Below are positions 27,380-34,301 of a stretch of 64,000 nucleotides of DNA, in pieces. Made by a program: the position numbers and the translations under genes. Where the stretch lies: IMG/VR virus record IMGVR_UViG_644736323_000003, positions 1,012 through 65,011 of that record. One strand, given 5' to 3'. Below the pieces are notes generated by a model that saw only the letters and a list, made by a program, of their open reading frames with translations, had not been told where the DNA came from and did no database searches. How positions within the stretch are numbered: position 1 is the stretch's first letter; each line of letters begins with the position of its first letter. Origin of the DNA: a virus (lineage: Duplodnaviria > Caudoviricetes).

Positions 27380-27898
27380 TCACAGGCCCTCCGCCCCGAC
27401 CAGGAGCAGCTCCTCGCCGGCGGTCTTCGCGTAGCGGCGCCTGTCCTGGAGGCTGGAGAAGGACTGGGCCTCGCGGATGTCCTTGCAGGCGCCGACGGCG
27501 TTCTGGATCTCCATGCGCACGGCGTACGACGACAGCATGATCAGCCGGGCCTGCGGTGCCGAGAGCGCCGACCGAGCAGCGTGCGAGGCGGCTCGCGCCT
27601 CCGCGATCTGCTCGGCGGTGGGGTCGAGGTGGTCCACCCGGACGCCGTGGGCGTCCAGCTCGGCGCGCACGACCGCCGGGTCCTGGCCGCGGTCGAGCGC
27701 GGCCCGCACCAGCCGCAGGGACACCAGCACGAACATGCAGCGCCGGTAGTCCTCCAGCGCCCCGTGCAGCGCGGTGAACGCCAGCAGGCGCTCCTCGCGG
27801 CGGGCGCGGCGGTCCTGCACGCGGCCGGTGACGCGGACGGCGAGCAGGGTGCCCGCGACCGTGAGCATCTGGGTGGCGATGGCCTGCACGGTGTTCAC
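27380..27898 (-). CDS. Hypothetical protein with N-terminal TM
   Basis: GGAGG RBS; GTGA overlap. Confidence 0.55.
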   Translation of the reverse strand: MNTVQAIATQMLTVAGTLLAVRVTGRVQDRRARREERLLAFTALHGALEDYRRCMFVLVSLRLVRAALDRGQDPAVVRAELDAHGVRVDHLDPTAEQIAEARAASHAARSALSAPQARLIMLSSYAVRMEIQNAVGACKDIREAQSFSSLQDRRRYAKTAGEELLLVGAEGL

Positions 27899-28392
27899 GA
27901 CGCCTCCAGCGGGCCACGCACGTGCGGCGGGTGGAGCAGCGCGTCGGCGTCGAGCGCGATCCGCTCGTGGTCGAACGCCCACCGCAGCTCGGCGTCGCGC
28001 AGCTCGGCGCCGCTGAACCAGCGCGCCTCGGCGGCGTCGTCGCCGCCGATGACCGGCGGGCAGTCGGGCAGCACGATCCCGTAGGCGGCGGAGACGTAGC
28101 GGCCCCGCGGGTCGCGGCCGACCTGGTCGTAGACGCCGACCAGGCTCAGCGTGGCGTCCTCGCGCAGGTCGAGGTTGAGGCCGGTCTCCTCGGCCAGCTC
28201 GCGCACCGCGGCGTCGCGGGCGGTCTCGTCCCGGTCGACGTGGCCGCCGGGCAGCGCCCAGCAGCCGGGGTAGGCGTCGCAGTCGTCGGCGCGGCGGACC
28301 AGCAGCAGTCGCGGCTGGCCCTCGTCGGTGCCGAACACCACGGTGTCGGCGGTGTAGCGGATGGTGGGCTCGCGGCCCTCGGTGTCGGTCAT
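27895..28392 (-). CDS. NUDIX hydrolase (MutT-like; pSAM2 Pif/Nud-type context)
   Basis: WALPGGHVDRDETARDAAVRELAEETGL; RDPRGRYVS; GDDAAEARWF. Confidence 0.92.
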   Translation of the reverse strand: MTDTEGREPTIRYTADTVVFGTDEGQPRLLLVRRADDCDAYPGCWALPGGHVDRDETARDAAVRELAEETGLNLDLREDATLSLVGVYDQVGRDPRGRYVSAAYGIVLPDCPPVIGGDDAAEARWFSGAELRDAELRWAFDHERIALDADALLHPPHVRGPLEAS

Positions 28393-28483
28393 GCTCTCGG
28401 TCCCCTGTCCGACCTGGCTGGGTTGGTGGATCACGTGCCCCGGCGGGGCCACCCCCGCGTGGGCGGGGAAACGCAGTGCCAGG

Positions 28484-28750
28484 TCAGAAGTCGCGGCCCC
28501 GCTTGCAGGCACCGGTGGCGATCTCGACGACGAACATCTCGTCCTCGGGGTAGTCGGCGAGCTGGATCTGCGCGTCCTCACGGTCGCGGGCCGGGCTGCC
28601 GTGGGCGACGCCCCACGCCTCCTTGTTGAGCGCGGTGTCGAGCTGGTCGCCCTTGGCGAAGCCGACCCCGTACCGGTAGTCCTCGCCGTGCTGGCGGGAC
28701 TCCTTGGTGATGGCGGCGGTGACCTTGGCGATGTCGTTCGCGTTCAGCAC
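28484..28750 (-). CDS. Small hypothetical protein
   Basis: GAGGAG RBS. Confidence 0.6.
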   Translation of the reverse strand: MLNANDIAKVTAAITKESRQHGEDYRYGVGFAKGDQLDTALNKEAWGVAHGSPARDREDAQIQLADYPEDEMFVVEIATGACKRGRDF

Positions 28751-28825
28751 GGTGTTCTCCTCGGGTTGGGGTTGCTGGTGCCCTCGGGATCGGAGCGCCC
28801 CCGCACAGGGCGGGGACGGGGTGCG

Positions 28826-29089
28826 CTAGTCGGCGTCGATCGCCATGAGGTGCTTGTCCTCGCCGCCGATGTGGATCGCGGCGGCGTGGTCGGCGTCGGT
28901 GAGGACCTTGCGGTTGGAGTCCGGGGCCAGGTGGATCTGGCCGGTGCGCAGCAGTCCGCGCAGGACCGCGTCCTGCTCGTCGCGGCTGCCGGGCAGCAGA
29001 GGGCGCAGGGTGCGCAGCGGCACCCAGTCCTGGATCTTGACGGAGAGCTTCTGGTAGGCGTCCCGGACGGCGTTCTCGATGGCGGACAT
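28826..29089 (-). CDS. Small hypothetical protein, possibly winged helix
   Basis: GAGAGGA RBS; WVPLRTLRPLL...LLRTGQIHL. Confidence 0.6.
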   Translation of the reverse strand: MSAIENAVRDAYQKLSVKIQDWVPLRTLRPLLPGSRDEQDAVLRGLLRTGQIHLAPDSNRKVLTDADHAAAIHIGGEDKHLMAIDAD

Positions 29090-29301
29090 CGACGGTCGGT
29101 TCCTCTCGTGGTCAGGCGTTGCAGGTGGCGATGAACCCGTCGATGCCGCCGTCGTGGTGGCGGGCGACGGCACGGGTGATCTCTGCGTCGGTCATGGCGT
29201 CGAAGTCGAGCTCGGCCGAGTTGGGGTCCAAGTCCTCGGCCCACGAGCAGTCGGCCAGCCAGGCGCGGTCGGCGGCGAGCTCCTCGTCGGTGAGTAGGGG
29301 T

Positions 29302-30243
29302 TCACCGGGTGTCGTTCTGGGGCAGCAGGTTGGCGTCGGCGGGCATGGTGTGGGCGTCGACCTGGCCGAGGGTCATGCAGCGCAGGTCGGCGTCCTGCTG
29401 CATGACCGGGGCGGTGTCGAGCAGCCACGCACCCACGGCGACGAGGAACACGCGGGTGACGGCGTCGCTGCCCTTCTTCATGTGCGGGGCCTGGAAGAGC
29501 AAGAACCTGCTGGTGCGCCAGGCGGCGAGCCGGTCGGCGTGACCGCCGGTTGCGGCGGCGTCGGCGAGGGTCTGCAGGGCGGCCTCGCGCATGGTGTCGC
29601 GGTCCGCGTGGTCGGCGGTGATCGCGTAGACCGGGTCGGAGTCCTGGCCGGTGTCGAACCTGCTGGTGTCCAGGCCGCGCGAGCGGAGGCGCTCGATCAG
29701 CTCAGCGGCGAGTTCGCGGGCGCGCTCGCCACGCACGAGGCTGTTGCCGACGACGCGGCGCCCGTCGGGCAGCCGGACCTCGGTGTGAAGCTCGTCGACC
29801 CCGGCCGCCTGGAGGCGGGCGCGGGCGATCGCCCCGTAGTGCTCCATGATCCGGCTGGCCGGGGTGGGCTCGCCGTCTACGTAGGAGTGGGAGGCCTCGT
29901 CCCAGCGGGGGTTGACTGGCATCCGGCCGATCGCGCCGAGCCGGTCGTAGTTCGCGCCCGCGCTGCTGATGGTGGTCATGAACCGGGCGGCGTCGCCGTC
30001 GACACCGTGGCCGCCGCGCGGGTCGCCGTGCCCCTTGGCCAGTCGCCACCTCCAGGCGTGCAGTTCGTCGAGGAGGTCACCGAGCGTCCGGGCGGTGACT
30101 GTGTTCAGGCGCAGGTAGCGGCGGGGGATGGTGTTCGCGGCGTGGGCCTGGTGCTCGGCGAACTCGCTCACGGCGGCGGTCTGGGCGGGGTCGTTGGACC
30201 GGAGCGCGAGGTGCGGCGTCGGGAACGAAGCGGCGGTGATCAA
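29302..30243 (-). CDS. Hypothetical protein with a Fido/AvrB-like C-terminal motif
   Basis: GAGGAG RBS before TTG; LLFQAPHMKKGSDAVTRVFL. Confidence 0.5.
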   Translation of the reverse strand: MITAASFPTPHLALRSNDPAQTAAVSEFAEHQAHAANTIPRRYLRLNTVTARTLGDLLDELHAWRWRLAKGHGDPRGGHGVDGDAARFMTTISSAGANYDRLGAIGRMPVNPRWDEASHSYVDGEPTPASRIMEHYGAIARARLQAAGVDELHTEVRLPDGRRVVGNSLVRGERARELAAELIERLRSRGLDTSRFDTGQDSDPVYAITADHADRDTMREAALQTLADAAATGGHADRLAAWRTSRFLLFQAPHMKKGSDAVTRVFLVAVGAWLLDTAPVMQQDADLRCMTLGQVDAHTMPADANLLPQNDTR

Positions 30244-30319
30244 GCGGTGCTCCTCGGGATGGTTGGAACCCGGCCGGGACGGGGAGGTCGGGGGTGCTCG
30301 ACCCGTCCCGGCCGGGAGA

Positions 30320-30478
30320 TCAGCGGGAGCATCCGGCGTTGAAGCAGGGCGCGCAGTAGGGCTCCTGCTCCTTCCGGATGCTTGCGCCGCAGGCGTAGCA
30401 GGAGCCCTGGGGTGCGGTGGTGCAGTCGAAGCACCTGGTGCCCTCGCACGGCTTGTTGCAGGCCTCGCAGTTCTTCAT
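30320..30478 (-). CDS. 52-aa protein with 10 Cys (absent from the ORF track)
   Basis: AAGGAAG RBS; MKNCEACNKPCEGTRCFDC...CYACG...CAPCFNAGCSR. Confidence 0.6.
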   Translation of the reverse strand: MKNCEACNKPCEGTRCFDCTTAPQGSCYACGASIRKEQEPYCAPCFNAGCSR

Positions 30479-30522
30479 CTGACGACTTCCTTAGTGCGGG
30501 CGCTCTGCCCGCTTCGCGGAAT

Positions 30523-30729
30523 TCAGGTGCGGACGGCGTCGCGGCAGCGGGCGATGTACCGGTCGGCCTCCGAGCGGGTTATCCGGTAGGTGCCCCGGCC
30601 CTTGCCAACACGGATGGCGTCGATCTCGCCCCGCTGGATGGCACGGCAGATCGTGCTGCTCACCACCCCCGCCTCGCGGGCCAGCTGGACCGACGAGATC
30701 CGCATCTCGTGTTCGTCAGGGGGTGACAT
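30523..30729 (-). CDS. Excisionase-family HTH protein
   Basis: SSVQLAREAGVVSSTICRAIQRGEIDAIRVGKGRGTYRITRSEADRYI. Confidence 0.8.
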   Translation of the reverse strand: MSPPDEHEMRISSVQLAREAGVVSSTICRAIQRGEIDAIRVGKGRGTYRITRSEADRYIARCRDAVRT

Positions 30730-30743
30730 CTGCGCTCCGTTCG

Positions 30744-30825
30744 AGTGCCCTAGGGCAATTGCCCTAGGGCACTGTAGCCGGCAGATGCAGGAGATGCCAC
30801 AGATGCAGGGAAGTGCTCTAGAGAG
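30744..30825. promoter_or_regulatory. Operator region between xis-like and gntR genes
   Basis: Perfect 30-bp palindrome 30744-30773 made of two TGCCCTAGGGCA; weaker TGCTCTAGAGAG at 30814-25. Confidence 0.8.
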
Positions 30826-30845
30826 ATCACTCATATGCTGTAGCC

Positions 30846-31646
30846 GTGGCAGCAGACACCAGCGGAAACTCGGCACAGCGCATCGCCCAGGACCTACTGG
30901 CGGCGATCGAGCGTGGTGAGTACGCGCCAGGCCACCAACTGCCCAGCCAGAACGTCATCAAGGCCCGGTACGGGGTGGCAGCCCAGACGGTGCAGAACGC
31001 CTTCGCGCTGCTGCATCAGCAGGGCGTGACCGAGGGGCGTCACGGCGCGGGCACGTTCGTGCGCGAGCACCGCCCGACCGTCGTCATCCCCATCGACCAC
31101 TCGGTGTACCGCGACGACCGCGGCTACTACTTCGGTCGTGCCACCCAGTCCTATGACCTGATCGGGAAGCCGAGCGTCACGGTCGGCCGCGCGCCGCAGC
31201 AGGTTGCCCAGCGCCTGAGCGTGCCTTCGGGCAGTTCGGTCGTGGTGCGCCACCGGGTGCTCGGCACCGCCGGGGAGGGCGGGCAGCCGGGGCAGATCGC
31301 CACCTCGTACCTGCCCGGCTGGCTGGCCGAGGAGTTGCCGGTGGTCGGCGAGGCGTCGACGGGGTCCGGCGGGATCTACGACCGGATCGAGGAGTGGGCG
31401 GGCGGCCCGTTGTCGTGGCCCACGCCCAGGTACGGGGCGGTGCCTGCCTCGGCGGAGGACGGGACGAGCCTGCGGGTCGCGCCGGGCACTCCGTTGCTGA
31501 CGCGGTACCGCGTCGCGGTCCTGCCCGACGGCCGCCCGGTGGAGCTGAACGTCACCCGTTGGCCGGGCAGCCGCTACGAGTTCGAGGCTGGTGACGTTGT
31601 CCGTGATGAGTCGGCCGCGTGGCCGACCGCACCTTTGCGGCCGTAG
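30846..31646 (+). CDS. GntR-family repressor (KorA/KorSA/TraR-like, UTRA domain)
   Basis: IAQDLLAAIERGEYAPGHQLPSQ...YGVAAQTVQNAF.LL...G.GTFVR; HutC-type C-terminal domain. Confidence 0.92.
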   Translation: MAADTSGNSAQRIAQDLLAAIERGEYAPGHQLPSQNVIKARYGVAAQTVQNAFALLHQQGVTEGRHGAGTFVREHRPTVVIPIDHSVYRDDRGYYFGRATQSYDLIGKPSVTVGRAPQQVAQRLSVPSGSSVVVRHRVLGTAGEGGQPGQIATSYLPGWLAEELPVVGEASTGSGGIYDRIEEWAGGPLSWPTPRYGAVPASAEDGTSLRVAPGTPLLTRYRVAVLPDGRPVELNVTRWPGSRYEFEAGDVVRDESAAWPTAPLRP

Positions 31647-31786
31647 TTCGTCAGCGCGGACGAACCCGCGCTGAGCGGCGCTGCGAGCACAGCTCCGTCA
31701 CAGGCAGTCCTCATCAGGTGGATACCCGACACGGCTGGCCTAGCCTCCGGTCAGCCGATCCCCATCCGCCCTGGGAGGCAACCCCG

Positions 31787-31969
31787 ATGCAGCCTGCTCT
31801 CACCCCCGCTGTCGCCGCCGCCGTCGAGGCACGCCTCGACGCGCGCGCCAAGGAGATCCGCCTGGTCGCGATCAGCGACGCCGCCGCCTGGCTCGAGAGC
31901 GAAGGCTTCGCCGCCGCCGCCACGCACCTGGCGCGGCACCGCGAGCGCGTTCCCGTCGCCGCCCGGTAG
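31787..31969 (+). CDS. Small hypothetical protein
   Basis: GGAGG RBS. Confidence 0.5.
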   Translation: MQPALTPAVAAAVEARLDARAKEIRLVAISDAAAWLESEGFAAAATHLARHRERVPVAAR

Positions 31970-31975
31970 CCCGCC

Positions 31976-32617
31976 GTGCTGCCCGAGGAGTGGGCACCGT
32001 GCGCCACCCCGCCCTGCGCCGAGCGACCGGTTCCCCCGGCCGCCGCCGAGGGGATGCGGGTGTGCGCGCGGTGCGCGACGAGGCTGGGTGAGGACTGCAC
32101 GGCGATCCCCGACCTGTGGGCGCCGTGGTGTGGGTCGCAGGCGCTGCTGCCGCGCCGCTCCGCCGGCGGTGGTGGGCGGCGTGGGCCGGGGTTCGCGTCG
32201 GCCCCGCCGGTGGACCTGGCGCTGGTGGCGATGCGGGACGTGCGCACCTCGTGGTCCGAGCCGGGGGATCTGCTGCACCCGCAGCGGGCGCTGGCGGAGG
32301 TGGCGGCCAAGGTGCTCGCCGAGGGCGCGGGCACCGTGCGGGCGCTGGCATCGCTGGGGGTGGCGGAGTCCTGCGAGGTGATCGGCCGGGGCCGCCTGCA
32401 CCGGTGGGCGCTGGCCCAGAACTGGGCCGGGGCGGCGTGCCTGACGGTCCGGCTGGTGCGGCAGCAGCTCGGCGCGCTCGACCACGAGCCCCGCCCGCGC
32501 CCGGTGGGCTTCTGCGACTGCGGGGGCGCGCTGTGGCTGACCGGGGCGACCGTGACGTGCCGGACGTGCCGGACCGAGCGCTCGGGGTTCGGACTGCTCG
32601 GGCTGGCGACGTCATGA
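31976..32617 (+). CDS. Zn-binding phage protein typical of the pre-packaging region
   Basis: CATPPC, CARC, GFCDCGG, CRTC. Confidence 0.6.
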   Translation: MLPEEWAPCATPPCAERPVPPAAAEGMRVCARCATRLGEDCTAIPDLWAPWCGSQALLPRRSAGGGGRRGPGFASAPPVDLALVAMRDVRTSWSEPGDLLHPQRALAEVAAKVLAEGAGTVRALASLGVAESCEVIGRGRLHRWALAQNWAGAACLTVRLVRQQLGALDHEPRPRPVGFCDCGGALWLTGATVTCRTCRTERSGFGLLGLATS

Positions 32618-33069
32618 GGCTGCGCGTGGACCTTCTCAGCGACCTCGCCGACATCCTGGGCCTCCACGGCTGCCACCACTGCGGCAACTCCCTGGAGGGC
32701 AGCGTCAGCAACTCGTTCTGCGGGGAGTCCTGCCAGCGCGCGTGGGCAGCACGCCGGAACGCCTTCGGCGCGGCGCTCGGCAAGATAAACGCGGAGCGCG
32801 TGAGGGCAGTAGGACTGGGCCAGATACTGGCGGGCGAGGTGTTCATCGCCCCCGCCGGTACCAGTCTGGACGTCGTCGGGTGGGAGCCGTTCGGCACCAT
32901 CACCACGCCGCCTGTCGAGTCCTCCGACTGGTTCCCCGCCCTAGCGGCTGACGCGGTGCGCGCCAACGCGCTGGAGGCCCGCCGGACCCGCAACACTGGC
33001 CCTGCTGGTTCCGCCCGCCAGCGGCGCGCACCGCGCGCCATCAGCCCTAGGAGGCACCGCCATGGATGA
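32614..33069 (+). CDS. Hypothetical protein with Cys motif
   Basis: CHHCG...FCGESCQ. Confidence 0.55.
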   Translation: MRLRVDLLSDLADILGLHGCHHCGNSLEGSVSNSFCGESCQRAWAARRNAFGAALGKINAERVRAVGLGQILAGEVFIAPAGTSLDVVGWEPFGTITTPPVESSDWFPALAADAVRANALEARRTRNTGPAGSARQRRAPRAISPRRHRHG

Positions 33070-33349
33070 GCTTCAGCGACGTCTGCACGCAGCAATCGAC
33101 GCTCTGGAAGATGCCAGTGGAGGTGGTCAAGACGCACGTCAGCGTCACGCCGATGATCGGGCGACGGTCGATCTGCACCACCCCGGCATGGCGTACAAGA
33201 GGGACCGCACCGCCAGCTCCCCGACCTACGAACTTTCGCCGAGCTCTACATGCGACTCCTGCAGGGAGCCCCTGCCGTGCGACACGCTCCGCACGCTCGC
33301 CAAGCGCTATGGCGTGGAGGTGATGCCCGGTGACCATCCCGCAGGGTGA
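33062..33349 (+). CDS. Hypothetical protein
   Basis: AGGAGG RBS; CDSCREPLPCDT. Confidence 0.55.
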   Translation: MDELQRRLHAAIDALEDASGGGQDARQRHADDRATVDLHHPGMAYKRDRTASSPTYELSPSSTCDSCREPLPCDTLRTLAKRYGVEVMPGDHPAG

Positions 33350-33510
33350 CCGCGTTCCCCGACAACTCTCGCCACCTCGTGAGGGGGCGATCATGGACGA
33401 TTGGGAATTTGACATGTTGATGGATGACATCTTCGACATGTTGATCATCCTTGGTTCGTCCGCTCTGATGGCCGCCCTCATCTGGTGGGTACTCTCCCTG
33501 GAGGGCAACT

Positions 33511-33840
33511 GTGAATGATCTGGTGCCGTGGCCTCAAGGAGTGGCGGCCATGAGCGGCTCTCACCCGTACCTCGATGCCCTGCACCGCCAGGCCAGCCTG
33601 CGCGGGGACACCCACGCAGTCGCGCACGCGGTGGACTGCTGGCTGCTGCGCGAACACGGCATCAGCTCAGGCAGCCGGGGCGGTGCCGCGCTCATGGTGC
33701 TACTCGCCGATGAGGGCTGGCGGGTGGAGCGGGAACCGGTGGAGGCCGCGCTGGACGGCATCGGCGAATGGTGCCTGTCCCCGGAGGACCGGGAAGCGAT
33801 CGACCGGGTGCGCCGGATGACCAGACGGTGGCGCAGGTGA
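33511..33840 (+). CDS. Hypothetical protein
   Basis: In operon; GTGA overlap. Confidence 0.5.
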   Translation: MNDLVPWPQGVAAMSGSHPYLDALHRQASLRGDTHAVAHAVDCWLLREHGISSGSRGGAALMVLLADEGWRVEREPVEAALDGIGEWCLSPEDREAIDRVRRMTRRWRR

Positions 33841-34130
33841 GCGCCCCCCGTGAGCTGTGGCTTCCGGCTGCCGAGACGCTGGCGCTGCTGCGGCTGGAGG
33901 CGGCTCGCCGAGGCGACAAGCGGTTGATCATCACCTCGGCGACCCTGCGCAGCTGGAGCCACCGCCGACACATCCGCTTCGACCGCGCGCGCGGCGGCTA
34001 CGACGTGGCGGGGGTCGTCGCCTACGTAACCCAGCGGGGGCGACGCGGCCACCGCCCGGTTGACCAGCACGAACGCGATGTGCAACCATCCGTGCCAGCG
34101 CCACCCGTGTGCCCAGAGCAGACCGGGTGA
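33837..34130 (+). CDS. HTH protein, candidate late-gene regulator
   Basis: ATLRSWSHRRHIR...GYDVAGVVAY; position ahead of late genes. Confidence 0.5.
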   Translation: MSAPRELWLPAAETLALLRLEAARRGDKRLIITSATLRSWSHRRHIRFDRARGGYDVAGVVAYVTQRGRRGHRPVDQHERDVQPSVPAPPVCPEQTG

Positions 34131-34301
34131 CCGCCCGAACCTCCCCCGCAGGCCCGCCACACCCCCCGGTGGCGGGCCTGCTTCGTCTCCTCGACCAGGT
34201 CGGGCGGCCGTGTCGAGGACGGCCGGGGCAGCGCGCAGGGCTTCCCCCTCTCGCAGCGCGCCCCGGCCCCACCCACTCCACCCCTTGGCAGGAGGCCCCG
34301 C

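Larger units (their letters stand above)
18195..31646. mobile_element. AICE/plasmid-type mycelial conjugation module embedded in the prophage
   Basis: TraB-like FtsK ATPase, Spd-like membrane proteins, NUDIX, Xis-like and divergent GntR; no integrase, Rep or flanking direct repeats seen. Confidence 0.8.

Noticed and set aside
18195-31646. Independent, complete AICE inserted in the prophage
   Set aside because: No integrase, no Rep and no flanking direct repeats were seen by eye; a decayed AICE remains possible and is listed as the refuting alternative
33411-33445. GACATGTTGAT direct repeat as an operator
   Set aside because: Two copies inside a small probable membrane ORF (33392-33518) encoding DML twice; no other support
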